Shown here: positions 12,961-25,990 of the stretch, in pieces
Position numbering within the stretch: position 1 is the first letter of the stretch
Layout: the number at the start of each line of letters is the position of its first letter
Source of the DNA: Macrostomum lignano
Taxonomy: Eukaryota
Reading direction: 5' to 3'
Assembly: GCA_002269645.1 (NCBI GenBank)
Contig: NIVC01000861.1
Coordinates: forward strand, 248,001-312,000
DNA: 64,000 nt
The notes under the pieces: model-generated
Told to the model about the DNA's origin: nothing
The model's input: only the letters and a program-made list of their open reading frames with translations
Databases searched by the model: none
Made by a program: the position numbers and the translations under genes

Positions 12961-15089
12961 CAGTAGTTTTGCGATACTGTGTTTTAGTTTTGCGGTGCTT
13001 TACATGTACATGCACTTTTTCATTTTTGGGAGCATTTACATTATGCACGTATGCACATGTAGCTTGAGAGCAATAGTTTCCCAACAAGCCCCGCAGTGCA
13101 GCTTCAAAAGCAACTGGCAAAAAGTGAAAGCTTCGGTATAAACATTTACTTGCAGTACATGTAGTATGGGTACATTTAGCTAGTTCATGTACATGTAATG
13201 TGGATGTGGTAAGATACATACAGTATGTACTGCTTGCATGTATACAATTTGCATATGCATATGACCAATAATTCCCGCCGGACAACATGCATACGAGTAA
13301 CATGGATAATATTTCCCTTATTTTAATCTTAAAATATGTATTTTAAAATTAATTCAATGTGACTGCATTGAAAATGGTTTAGTTTGCTGATGCATCAGCC
13401 TTGTTACATGCGCAATTTTACTTGTAGAAATCGTACTACTCAGTTTTTAAAACGAATCTATAAACATGCATAAAAATATCAAGGACGACTTAAGTAGAAG
13501 GACGGGAAACCTCGCTTCTTAGAAAAGTTTTGAAGGCACTTTTTCCCGAAAAATACACTATGGAGATAGGAAATTTTCATTTTTCAGCACAAAAAATGTT
13601 CCCAGTGAAAAAAATGATATGGATTCCATGTGGATTTTTCATATGAAATCCATATGTGCATTTGTCTCCGTCCATCCATGTGGAATCAAGATATGGATTC
13701 CACATGGAAGATCCACATGGAAGTAATTATGTATTTCACATAGAATCCACATTGTCATTGAGTAAGCAGCCATTATACTGGTTGCCATAATAAATTGTTG
13801 CATCCTAAATCTCAAAATAATACCAGATCTCAAAATTTCATACAAACCCCAGATCTCAATACCATATAAAAGAAACTGAAACACAGATAAAACATTAGCT
13901 ATAGCCAAAAATATTTCTGCACAAAAATATATTCAAAAAGGATGTATCAATAAGTAAGGTGTATTTATGTACAGTAGTGAGTCACTAGCACACAAAGAAT
14001 AAACACACTGATGTAGATATTGATATCTTTAGAGTTGCGCTGCGCATATGATATAATATATAATTTGAAATTGACATTGTCAATAGCATTAATTAATTAA
14101 CAATAATATAATGCACCAGAATTAGAACAGTCAGAAACATGCTGCTGCCAATTGCCAGAATGCTGCTTCGTCAGGTCAGGTGAGCAACCTTAGAAAAGAA
14201 AGGGGTTAAATTACAGAATTTTATAACAGATTGATAACAGATTTTGTAATAGATTTTGATAGATTTTGATCTTATAACAGATTTTGATGACAGAAAAAAA
14301 TCAGTTTATAACTAAAACTCACCATTGCTTCACAAAAGGTAGCATTCGAGATATTAAATTCCAATTCCAAGTAGCTTTGCATGCTTCTTCAAAGGCAAGA
14401 CCAAGGTGACATCCAAGTTTGAGGATGGGCCATGTAATGTTAGGCATAAATGAAATAGAAAAATAATTGTTGCCAATTAAGATTGATAGATTATATTGAT
14501 ATAATTCATAAAACTAATTTAAGGATGAATACTTAATAAAGTTTATTTTAAAATTAACTAGGCCTAAGTCCTAGGTTTATTTTTTAAGCGCAAAGTGTGC
14601 ATATGCCTTTGCCAGGGGTTAGCGAAATGGGCAGCAATGCCTCCTCGCTGTTTCCGGATGCACAGAGCCCCCTGCAGCTAATTCAAGTAAGTCAAGTGCA
14701 CCCTAAATCTTAAAATTGTACCTTGAAAACTGAAATTAAAAAGTTGATACAGTTTAGGTGCGATCTCATTACCTATTTTTATGTTGAAGCCTTATTTGCA
14801 TTGCCTTTTTATAAGAAAAAAAAGAAATTGCATTCTAAGCCTTAAAATCATAAAACCCTAAAAGTGAGCATAGGGTATGATTTTGCACCTTGTCTCTAGC
14901 AAAAAAGAAAACCCTACCTAAGTCAATCAATAAAATAAAATTAATAAAATTAAAATAATAAGTATAAAAATAATTAATATATGTTTCTATAAATTTAATT
15001 TTTTATTTTAAAATTGATTTTAGACTATAAAGTATTTAGGCAAAGCAATGCATGTTTTTCATATTTGCTAGCCTAGTATAATTAAAAGG

Positions 15090-15450
15090 GGGGCCGTAGC
15101 CAAGTGGTAGCGCAGCTGCTCTGGTGTGCCAGCAACCCAAGCTCGAATCCAAGTGCAATCATATTAATTTGGGGCTGAATTGGAATCTCAGCTTGGCTCT
15201 CTGCTCATGCAATTAATGGCCTTGAGAGCCAACCCCCCAAGGCACAGTGAAGTATACATGCCTAACGATAAATAAAGCTAGGGCCGCTATACATTCCTAT
15301 GTGTGTGCTTGCATACATATCCGCACACTTGTGTGCCTGCTCAGGGGAGTTGGTGGAATGGGCAGCAATGCCTCTTGCCAGTTGAGTGCCTATGTTTCTT
15401 AAAGTGCGCCAGGGTGCACACAACCCCCCTGCCTCTAATAAAAAATAATA
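15090..15450 (+). mobile_element. tRNA-derived SINE (or tRNA pseudogene head plus body)
   Basis: GGGGCCGTAGCCAAGTGGTAG (A box) ... GCTCGAATCC (B-box-like), no intact cloverleaf, A-rich end near 15437-15450; body motif TGGGCAGCAATGCCTC recurs at ~14628. Confidence 0.65.
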
Positions 15451-15471
15451 TAATTAAACATTAGGCCTCAC

Positions 15472-16060
15472 CCATAGTCAGGAAGGTGTCCGTACGCCGG
15501 AATTTTCCGGCGTACATCAGCCCCCCCCCCCAAAAAAAAATGGCGTACAGTTTTGCGTACACGCGGTCCGAAAAATGGCGTACAGAGTTCTTGGCGTACA
15601 CAACACAGTTTTCGCATGCAAAAATCTGTCCAAAAATCGGCCTACAATATTTGCATGTGATTGGTGTAAGAACAAACGTTTAAAAAACCTGCAAACAACC
15701 CAATTACTTCGACAAAGTATTGTATATCGTTCAATTTTAGTGAATTGGTAAATCTATTTTCATCTTTAAAACGCTGAAATTACGTAAATTTTGAATCTGA
15801 TTTATTGTTAACAAAACTTTACTAAAGTTTTGTGTAAGTCAGTTATTTATTTTAACTTATTAACTAATTCTGTACAATAATTACTTTAGTATTTTAGATT
15901 TCTTCACGTTACAACAGATGACATACAGGTAAGTTAAGATTTAAGTTTCAATTTTGGCGTACGTCAAAAAGCGCTTTTTTAGGGCTTTTCAATTTTGGCG
16001 TACACAACATTTTTTCTTAATTTTCATTCCGGCGTACATTGGACACCTTCCTGACTATGG
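15472..16060. mobile_element. 589-bp MITE (P or hAT type) with 20-bp TIRs and 8-bp TSD
   Basis: TIR CCATAGTCAGGAAGGTGTCC / GGACACCTTCCTGACTATGG; perfect TSD GGCCTCAC at 15464-15471 and 16061-16068; internal GGCGTAC repeats. Confidence 0.9.
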
Positions 16061-19000
16061 GGCCTCACCTAAGCCTAAATAGCTATGCCCTATGGCTTAA
16101 AATTAAATTCTGGACTTGGCCTAAATCAGATCAAATTTACAATAATCATTCTTTATTTTTAATAGCAACCTTAGGGATCTGCTAGGCTAGCTATGCCAAA
16201 AGCAAGTTGCAAGTGTAATTGCAAAGAATTATTTATTATAATTAATAATATTGTTTTTAAAAATGCAACAAGTCTAAAAGATGCTAACAGACTTTTTTGA
16301 AGAAAATCATAAATTAATTGATTTTTAACATATTAACTAGATTGACTAGTCACAATTCACAAAGTCAAGCTAGTCCTAATCTTAATTAAAATAGAAGGAC
16401 CTAAATTGATAGTTATAGCAGGCCTAGCTTAAAATACGCATAATAAGCATACATATAAATAGATAGGACTAATAGGTAGGACTAAGAGGAAATTATGAAC
16501 TTCTAAAGGCATATTTAAGTTAAGAAAATGAGTAGCCAATCTATGGACATGGCCATGGGATTCCTAGAAATTGGAGGCCTAGGCCTAAATAAATTTATCA
16601 TGGATTTTACCAAAAGTATTAGGCCTATCTATGATAAAATACTGATTTATCTAATTTCTAATCTCATGGAGGCTAGGCCTATGGCCTGATAAGTTATTGC
16701 CTATAGGCTAGGTCTACTAAAATTTTTAAGGTGCTTAAATAGCCATAAACAAGGCAATTTATCTTTCAAGGCCTTGAACCAAAACATTGACAAATATAAA
16801 ATAAAATAAATTTAATTTTAAAAAGCACGAAGCGTTTTTTATTGTTCACTTCTATTTTGTCTATTTTAACAAACAGTGTCTTATTTGCCGATTATAATTT
16901 AGCTTTAAGATATTAATTTTTACCTAAAAACATATAAATATAATAAATAATTATAGTAATTTCCTAAAAATGTCTGAATGTGGTGCATCACAGTTTTTTA
17001 TCGAAGTGGATTCCATGTTGAATCAATATACGCTTATTTCTCATGAATTCCTTGTAAAATCCACATCAACATTAGGACAGTAAAAATAAAAAAATAATGC
17101 ATAAAAAATACTTTGCATACCATTATGTCATCTTTAAGTTAATAATTTGCAAAATATAAAGAAACATTTAAATTCCACATGGCCACGTGGAACCCACGTG
17201 GAATCCATGAATCATTTTTCACTGGGTTATTGCGTTTGATAGGAGGCAGATCCAGTGTTCATCTTTAGATATGTTGTGCCTTTTTTATTGCTCTATCGAT
17301 ATTTATAAAGCTTTTCGTTCAGAAAATTAGGATTCTATGTTAATTTTTTATTCTACGTATATTTTCGCGTGTCTTGTGCTTAAAATACATTAGAATGCCA
17401 CAGCTCGGCTCTTTGGTTTCATGAGTCTATTTTATCAGTCTTACCCGACTGTGTAGCAAATATTTGTAACAGAGATGATAAAATAGGTTCATAAAACCAA
17501 ATATTGGAGCTGTGTCATGCATTTTTGTGATTTTTAGATACAGGAAATATACGTAGAATAAAAAATTAACATAGAATCCTAATTTTCTGAACGAAAAGAT
17601 TTATAAATACCGATAGAGCAATAAAAAAGGCACAACATATCAAAAGATGAACACTGGATCTGCCTCCTATCAAACGCAAGAACAATTTTTGTGCTGAAAA
17701 AATGAAAACTTCCTATCTCCGTAGTGTATTTTTTGGGGAAAAGTGCCTTCAAAACTTTTCTAAGAAACGAGGTTTCCCGTCCTTCTACTTAAGTCGTCCT
17801 TAAAAAATATATGTGATTTTTAAACACATAGATCGTTGACCATGTACGTACATTTTAAATGCGTATAAAATAAAACTCTTTATTCTACCGATAATTCGTG
17901 AATTCTGCCTTTTTGTAGCATTGGCTGCGCAAACGTGAAGCAACTGCAAAAATGAACTTGGATTTTGGATTCATTAGACTAAGATAAATTATATTTCAAT
18001 ACAGCAGAATTTTAGAAATGATTTTTTTTGTTTCATACTGAATACTGTAATAGTATCCTAAGGTAATTGTTTTGTTTTACGCTGCAAAAGACGTTCTTAT
18101 AAAATTCTAACTCAGTTTAAAAAACTGATTTCAGAAAAATGTGAAGGAAGGTTGTTTGCTTATAATAAAGATTTCTTTTGAAAGTTCTGCCTGAACCTTA
18201 GTGCTAGTAGTACTACTACGCTCTACTTTATAACTAAGTATTGTTCAAATAAACGAATGTAAAATTTGATAACTAGGGGTCTGCCTACCTAAGTTTTTAC
18301 ACCACACCATAAACTATATTTCTTTAATTATAAATGCCTTTTACTTTATTAGGCCCACTTGCATTGCATGATCATGATTGCATAATAAAGATTATTTAAT
18401 GAATATGAATATATTTATTTGCTTGTCTACATTGTTTTAATAAAGCCAGGCCAGTTAATAAATTCAAGGAATAATTTTGTCAAGTAGGCCTAGGTCTATA
18501 AGGATTAAAAAGTGTCTTAATGCAATTTTTAGAGAATAGGCATATTTTCAACTTAGTAGGCCTTAGCAACTTAGTAAGTCAAGAGACAGTTTTGGGAAAA
18601 ATACCTCATTTGATAGAGAACCTAACTTATTTTTTATAGAATAATAAATAGGCCCTAGCAATTTTTGTAAGCATAGGCCTATCAAATGCCTAAATCTTGA
18701 ACTGAACTTCAGTCTTTAGTTGAAGTAGGCCTAGGTTATAAAATTATAGGTTTATATTAAGGATGTCAATTCCCCAGGGAAAATAAAAAATAAGTAAACA
18801 ACAGTGGATAACTTGATATTAAATGGCATTTTTAACTTTGATTTAAATTTTGGACTATGTTTTAAGAGCAAAAGTAAAAATTTTAAACAATGCTTATTTA
18901 AAATTGTATTTAACAATTTGGAATCACCAAATCATCAAAAAGAGTCCAGACTCTGGTCTAGAGCGGAAAATTTATGCTTAGTAGCTATGGCCTATGCTCA

Positions 19001-19954
19001 TGAGAGGAACCAAAATTAAGGCCTAGGGCATTGTATAGTGTCTATCTAAAATAAGGCTAAAATAAAGTCTTAAAATGTGAAACATTGGCTAGGTAGGCTA
19101 GTGCATATTTATTTAAATAATGTTGCTATAATATCCTTTGGTATAAATTGTTAACAATTTATTTAAAGGCAATTGTTATTTGTATAATAACTATATAATA
19201 TAGTAAAATGGTTATTTCTATAGGCCTAGTTAATTTGTAAAGCAAATATTATCTAAATTAAGTAGGCCCTAATAAACTCTTATTAGTCTTAGTATAAAAA
19301 AGAAGACATTATTTAAATATATATTTTTTTAATAATAAAAAATAGTAAAAAATAATTGATTTAAAAAATTTCCTATAGCTACATAGCCTATAGCTATTAT
19401 ATTAGTTTATATTTTCTTCAATAATTAGAATACACATTATCATTGCTATATGATTTTATAGCATTGCATAAATCATAGAATAAACTAAATATATAAGACT
19501 AATTATATGCAGTCACAACCTTATTTCATTAAATGCCAATAGCCTAAACTGCTTTTTCTTTGAGTTGTAAAAATATAGTTGCTTTGGTTAGAAAGAGAAG
19601 AGAATAAAAAGTTTAAAGTCTCCAAGCTCTTTCTCTAAGAAATTAAGTTTTCCTATTTTGAAAGCATTTAATGCCAGTCAATCTATGGTATCTACCAAAA
19701 ATATTTTAGAATCAAAGGCTTATAGACCATCAGGGTTCTTAGATTATATGGATTAGCTCAAAATCATCCTTTAAACCTCATTGGTTGCTGCACTATTGTT
19801 TTCTTCCATTACTCTTATATCATTCTCTTTAGATATGTGAAATATAAACATAAGTTCTTTAAACTATCTTCATGTATAGTGTATCTTTTTGAGAATAAAC
19901 CTGGCATATTTATAACTTGAATAACTTTCTATAAACATATTTGGATCTTCCTAT

Positions 19955-20462
19955 ATAGCCATCTTTAGCTCCCCATAGATATCTTTAGTTTCCCATAGAC
20001 ATCTGTAGCTTTTCATAGACATCTATAGCTTCCCATAGACATCTGTAGCTTCCCATAGACATCTTTAGCTCCTCATAAACATCTATAGCTTCCCATAGAC
20101 ATCTATAGCTTCCCATAGACATCTGTAGCTTCCCATAGACATCTGTAGCTCAACATAGACATCTATAGCTTCCCATAAACATCTATAGCTTTCCATAGAC
20201 ATCTGTAGCTCCCCATGGGTATCTATAGCTCCCCATAGATATCTTTAGCTCCCTATAAACATCTATAGCTTCTCATAGACATCTATAGCTCCCCATAGAT
20301 ATCTTTAGCTCCCTATAGACATCTATAGCTTCCCATAGATATCTTTAGCTCCCTATAGACATTTATAGCTTTCCATATACATCTATAGATCCCCATAGAT
20401 ATCTTTAGCTCCCCATAGATATCTTTAGCTCCCCATAGACATCTGTAGCTTCCCATAGACAT
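19955..20462. repeat. 20-bp minisatellite (CCATAGACATCTATAGCTTC), ~25 copies, upstream of SNX
   Basis: Direct reading. Confidence 0.95.
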
Positions 20463-20639
20463 ACTTGTGGCTACAGCACAACTTCATTAAAGTACTCTTT
20501 ACTGTTGAAAGCAAGTTTATATCATCGCGCTTTTTTAGGTTTTGAAACTACGAGTAATAAAAAGTGACATGTTTCAACTTTACTTCCAGGTAAAAGGCAG
20601 CAGTAATCTATTTTGTTATTATATATATTAAGCATAGCA

Positions 20640-23600
20640 ATGGAAAAATCTAGCGACAACTCCGAGGACGACATCTTTGCCGAGACCAATGAAACTGTTG
20701 ATGTTGAAGATGTCGATTTGAACAGCAGTGGAGCTGGCGTCTCAACCCCAGCTGCCGCCGCCGCCCCAGCTCCGGCCGCTGAAAAGTTGGAGCCTTCGGC
20801 ACCTCCCGCCGCCGCCTCGGCACCTCCCGCCGCCGCCTCGGCACCTCCCGCCGCCGCCTCGGCGCCTGCCGCCCCACCAGCTTCAAATTCCAGCTCCGGT
20901 GGCCCTAGCAAACTCGAACTGCCGGCCTCGCTAGCTTTCGAATATCTGCTCACTGTTCGAGTCACTAAACCGGAGAAAATTGGCGACGGAATGGGAGCCT
21001 ACGTGGCCTACAAGGTGTCGTTCTCCACCACTATACCGGCTTTCGGCCGGCCCGAGGGCAGCGTACGGCGGAGGTTCTCCGACTTTCTCGGTTTGTATGA
21101 GAAACTGCACGAGAAGTATTTGAGGTAAATTCCTCTGTTGAGAACAAATTCATTGGGCAAATAAAGATTCTTAGTTGCTGAGCCAGCCTCCCAGATCCTC
21201 AGTTGCTGTGCCAGCCTCCCAGATCTTCAGTTGCTGGGCCAGCCTCCTAGAGTGTCAGTTACTGGGCCAGCCTTCCCAGATCCTCAGTTGCTGGGCCAGC
21301 CTCCCAGATCTTCAGTTGCTGGGCCAGCCTCGCAGATCCTCAGTTGCTGGACCAGCCTCCCAGATCCTCAGTTGCTGGGCCACCAGCCTCCCAGATCCTT
21401 AGTTGCTGGGCCAGCCTCCCAGATCCTCAGTTGCTGGGCCAGCCTCCCAGATCCTCAGTTGCTGAGCCAGCCTTCCCAGATCCTCAGTTGCTGGGCCAGC
21501 CTCCCAGATCCTCAGTTGCTGGGCCAGCCTTAACCAAAGCCGTCTCCCTCAATCATGGCTGATCCCAGGGACGGTTTCGTAATTCCGCCCAAGCCGGAGA
21601 AGTCCGTAGTCGGCGCCACGAAGGTCAAGATGTCCAAGGATAGCGTAGAAGAGGACCATTTTGTTGAGCGCCGCCGGGCCCAGCTGGAGCGCTTCCTGGT
21701 CCGCTGCTCCGACCACCCGGTGTTGCGGATGGACCCGGATTTCCGCGAATTTCTCGAGCACGACGGCGACCTGCCCAAGTCCAGCGGCACCCGGGCGCTG
21801 AGCGGAGCCGGCGTCATGCGGGTGTTCTCGTCCATTGGCAGCTCGGTGCAACGGATGACCTACAAGATGGACGAGACTGACCAGGTGCGCTTCGATGGGG
21901 TTGTCAACTAATTTAGAGATAAACCAATAGTATTTGGTCTATGAACTGCTCATTTTCTTCTTTCTGAGCATCTGAGGATTGTCTGTTCTTTCCAAGAGTC
22001 ATCATTGATGACTCACTTTCTAAGAATCATTATGGATGGTTCACTTTCTAAGGATCATTATGGATGGTTCACTTTCTAAGAATCATTATGGATGGTTCAC
22101 TTTCTAAGAATCATTATTAAGGGCCTACTTTCTAAGAATCATTATTGATGGTCTACTTTCTAAGAATCATTATTAAGGCCCTACTTTCTAAGAATCATTA
22201 TTAATAGTCTACTTTCTAAGAATCATTAAGGGCCTACTTTCTAAGAATCATTATGGATGGTTCACTTTCTAAGAATAATTATTGATAGTCTACTTTCTAA
22301 GAATCATTATTGATAGGGATAGTCTACATTCTAAGAATCATTATTGATAGGGATAGTCTACATTCTAAGAATCATAATTGATAGTCTACTTTCTAAGAAT
22401 CATTATTGATAGGGATAGTCTACATTCTAAGAATCATTATTGAGGGCCTACTTTCAATAAGGGCCTTATTGATGGTCTACTTTCTAAGAAAGAATCATCT
22501 GCAATCTTTTCTAAGAAATCATTAAAAATCACCCACATTCTCTTTTCAAAGAATCAGTACTGCTTTCTAGTTAGACTTGTAAAATTCCCTAGCTAACCCA
22601 CTCCAACCGGCCCTCCCCCCAACCAGTGGTTCGAAGACAAGAACCAAGAGGTGCACCAGCTAGAAGAGCATCTGCACCGGTTGCACAGCAGCATTGAGGC
22701 CCTAGTAAACCACCGGCGGGAGTACGGCTGCATGGCGGAGCAGTTTGCCGGCTCCGCCAATATGATTTCTAGCGTTGAAGAGAACACTAATCTGTCGTTT
22801 GCGTTCACTAAACTGGCGGAGACTGAGGAGCGAGTTGGCAGGCTGCAGATTGAACAGGCTGATTCGGACTATTACGGATTAGCCGAATTGCTGCACGACC
22901 ATTTGGCCATGCTTGAGTCTGTTCGAGCCAGCCTATACGAACGAGTTCGAGTCTATAAAACTTGGAAAGATGCCGAAATTGCGTTGACTAAGAAACGCGA
23001 AGAGAAAGTGCGGAATGAACTTGGCGGCAAGGCTGACAAAGCGGCCGCTTGCGAGGCTGCTGCTAGAGAATTGGAAGGCCAGGTGTGTGTTTTTGGGACC
23101 TAGTAACACATTTTAGAGCAATGGTAAGGACTAGTTTTAGTTGTAGATTTTTGAAGGGAGAAGGTACGATGTTGAGAGAGTAGGTAGATAAATTGTGACG
23201 GAAGTAGGTAGTGTTGAGGAGTAGGTAGAGTGAAGAAAGCAGGTAGAGAGTGAAGAGAGCAGGTAGAGTGTGAAGAGAGTAGGTAGAGTGTGAAGAGAGC
23301 AGGTAGAGAGTGAAGAGAGTAGGTAGAGAGTGAAGAGAGCAGGTAGAGAGTGAAGAGAGCAGGTAGAGAGTGAAGAGAGCAGGTAGAGTGTGAAGAGAGT
23401 AGGTAGAGAGTGAAGAGAGTAGGTAGAGAGTGAAGAGAGTAGGTAGAGAGTGAAGAGAGCAGGTAGAGTGTGAAGAGAGCAGGTAGAGAGTGAAGAGAGT
23501 AGGTAGAGAGTGAAGAGAGCAGGTAGAGAGTGAAGAGAGCAGGTAGAGAGTGAAGAGAGTAGGTAGAGAGTGAAGAAAGTAGGTAGAGAGTGAAGAGAGC

Positions 23601-24588
23601 AGGTAGTGTGAAGAGAGCAGGTAGAGAGTGAAGAGAGTAGGTAGAGAGTGAAGAGAGCAGGTAGAGAGTGAAGAGAGCAGGTAGAGAGTGAAGAGAGCAG
23701 GTAGAGAGTGAAGAGAGTAGGTAGAGAGTAAAGAGAGTAGTTACAGAGTGAAGAGAGCAGGTAGAGAGTGAAGAGAGTAGGTAGAGAGTGAAGAGAGCAG
23801 GTAGAGAGTGAAGAGAGCAGGTAGAGTGTGAAGAGAGTAGGTAGAGAGTGAAGAGAGTAGGTAGAGAGTGAAGAGAGTAGGTAGAGAGTGAAGAGAGTAG
23901 GTAGAGAGTGAAGAGAGCAGGTAGAGTGTGAAGAGAGCAGGTAGAGAGTGAAGAGAGTAGGTAGAGAGTGAAGAGAGCAGGTAGAGAGTGAAGAGAGCAG
24001 GTAGAGAGTGAAGAGAGTAGGTAGAGAGTAAAGAGAGTAGTTACAGAGTGAAGAGAGCAGGTAGAGAGTGAAGAGAGTAGGTAGAGAGTGAAGAGAGCAG
24101 GTAGAGAGTGAAGAGAGCAGGTAGAGTGTGAAGAGAGTAGGTAGAGAGTGAAGAGAGTAGGTAGAGAGTGAAGAGAGTAGGTAGAGAGTGAAGAGAGTAG
24201 GTAGAGAGTGAAGAGAGCAGGTAGAGTGTGAAGAGAGCAGGTAGAGAGTGAAGAGAGCAGGTAGAGAGTGAAGATAGTATGTAGTGAACGGGATTAGAAT
24301 GGGGAAAGAAGCGCTACAAAGCCGGTACACATGTACTTTGCTCACCAACCCAACCAACAATGCCCCCCCCCCCATTTAAACTCGTTTAAGGTGGAACGCG
24401 GCCAAGAGGCATTCGACAAGATCTCTGCCACGGTGCGTAGCGAACTTGAGCGCTACGATCTCCGGCGTGGCTACGAGCTGAAGACGGCCATCGTGGCGAG
24501 TCTGGAGCACCAGCTGCGGCAGCAGCAGTGCGTACTGGAGGCCTGGGAGGCGTACCTACCCGAGGCTAAACGGATTCTAGCCGCTTAA
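20640..24588 (+). CDS. SNX1: Sorting nexin 1/2 (PX + BAR), 4 exons: 20640-21124, 21569-21884, 22627-23082, 24391-24588; 484 aa
   Basis: PX motifs [68 protein letters not shown]; BAR region WFEDK...[16 protein letters not shown]...[11 protein letters not shown]. All junctions GT-AG and phase-consistent (sum 1455 nt). SNX1 and SNX2 cannot be distinguished (invertebrate co-orthologue). Confidence 0.95.
21170..21530. repeat. 28-bp minisatellite in SNX intron 1 (GGGCCAGCCTCCCAGATCCTCAGTTGCT)
   Basis: Direct reading. Confidence 0.95.
21990..22515. repeat. ~28-33-bp minisatellite in SNX intron 2 (CTACTTTCTAAGAATCATTATTGATGGT)
   Basis: Direct reading. Confidence 0.9.
23200..24275. repeat. 20-bp minisatellite in SNX intron 3 (AGGTAGAGAGTGAAGAGAGC)
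   Basis: Direct reading; explains ORF 23137-24375. Confidence 0.97.
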
Positions 24589-24829
24589 GTATGTAAGAAA
24601 ATAAACTTTTTATTGACTATTCTACTCTATATTTAATTGAAATAAATTAACGATTTACATGAATCTTAATGATGTAATCATTCTAAGGAGTCCTATTCTG
24701 TTGATGATTGTTATTAAATCATTGTAATATATTTTCCAAGCCGATTGAGCCATAGGAAGCAAGCAATTTAATCCCTAGTTGGGAGAATCAGGCTATTGTA
24801 GGCTGGCTTTTTATTGTCTATGGCCCAAC

Positions 24830-25990
24830 TGGGGGTCTGTGGCGCAAATTAATCCTTAGTTTGGTCCTTAGAATCAGGCTATTGTAGATTGGCTTTTTAT
24901 TGTCTATGGTCTAAGCTGGTCCTTAGAATGAAGCTATTGTAGATTGGCTTTTTATTGTCTATGGTCTAAGCTGGTCCTTAGAATGAAGCTATTGTAGACT
25001 GGCTTTTCATTGTCTATGGTCTAAGCTGGTCCTTAGAATGAAGCTATTGTAGACTGGAATTTCATTGTCTATGGTCTAAGCTGGTCCTTAGAATGAAGCT
25101 ATTGTAGACTGGCTTTTCATTTTCTATGGTCTAAGCTGGTCCTTAGAATGAAGCTATTGTAGACTGGCTTTTCATTGTCTATGTGGTCCAAGCTGGTCCT
25201 TAGAATGAAGCTATTGTAGACTGGCTTTTCATTGTCTATGTGGTCCAAGCTGGTCCTTAGAATGAAGCTATTGTAGACTGGCTTTTCATTGTCTATGGTC
25301 TAAGCTGGTCCTTAGAATGAAGCTATTGTAGACTGGAATTTCATTGTCTATGGTCTAAGCTGGTCCTTAGAATGAAGCTATTGTAGACTGGCTTTTCATT
25401 GTCTATGGTCTAAGCTGGTCCTTAGAATGAAGCTATTGTAGACTGGCTTTTCATTTTCTATGGTCTAAGCTGGTCCTTAGAATGAAGCTATTGTAGACTG
25501 GCTTTTCATTGTCTATGTGGTCCAAGCTGGTCCTTAGAATGAAGCTATTGTAGACTGGCTTTTCATTGTCTATGTGGTCCAAGCTGGTCCTTAGAATGAA
25601 GCTATTGTAGACTGGCTTTTCATTGTCTATGGTCTAAGCTGGTCCTTAGAATGAAGCTATTGTAGACTGGAATTTCATTGTCTATGGTCTAAGCTGGTCC
25701 TTAGAATGAAGCTATTGTAGACTGGCTTTTCATTGTCTATGGTCTAAGCTGGTCCTTAGAATGAAGCTATTGTAGACTGGCTTTTCATTGTCTATGGTCT
25801 AAGCTGGTCCTTAGAATGAAGCTATTGTAGACTGGCATTTCATTGTCTATGGTCTAAGCTGGTCCTTAGAATGAAGCTATTGTAGACTGGAATTTCATTG
25901 TCTATGGTCTAAGCTGGTCCTTAGAATGAAGCTATTTTAGACTGGCTTTTCATTGTCTATGGTCCCATCTGGTCTTAAGAATGAAGCTAT
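24830..25990. repeat. 55-57-bp minisatellite downstream of SNX, ~20 copies
   Basis: Unit GGTCCTTAGAATGAAGCTATTGTAGACTGGCTTTTCATTGTCTATGGTCTAAGCT; the block of variants (GGAATTT, TTTTCT, TGTGGTCC x2) is repeated. Confidence 0.95.

Larger units (their letters stand above)
13601..17226. mobile_element. 3.6-kb non-autonomous TIR element, CMC/EnSpm-like, inserted in the fold-back MITE
   Basis: TIRs CCCAGTGAAAAA(AA)TGAT..TGGATTCCA / reverse complement; 2-bp TSD TT (13599-13600, 17227-17228); subterminal (T/A)TCCAC(A/G)TGG repeats at both ends; no transposase ORF seen. Confidence 0.75.
13483..17799. mobile_element. Fold-back MITE (~690 bp when inserts are removed: 13483-13600 + 17229-17799), Kolobok-like
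   Basis: 13483-13600 is the reverse complement of ~17681-17799; 17231-17365 pairs with 17545-17679. Termini GGACGACTTAAG...CTTAAGTCGTCC, flanked by TCAA (left) and TTAA (right). Superfamily inferred from TTAA-type target and GG termini. Confidence 0.8.

Noticed and set aside
15090-15165. Functional tRNA gene
   Set aside because: A box is good but the B box is degenerate, the acceptor and anticodon stems do not pair, and no oligo-T terminator follows; treated as a SINE head.
19540-19950. Apparent hypermutated (RIP-like) coding remnant on the minus strand
   Set aside because: About nine stops in ~150 codons is what roughly 70% AT random sequence gives; no recognisable motif.
24830-25990. 55-bp arrays (here and 3581-4333) as CRISPR-like loci
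   Set aside because: Units are head-to-tail with no unique spacers, no cas genes, and the context is eukaryotic.
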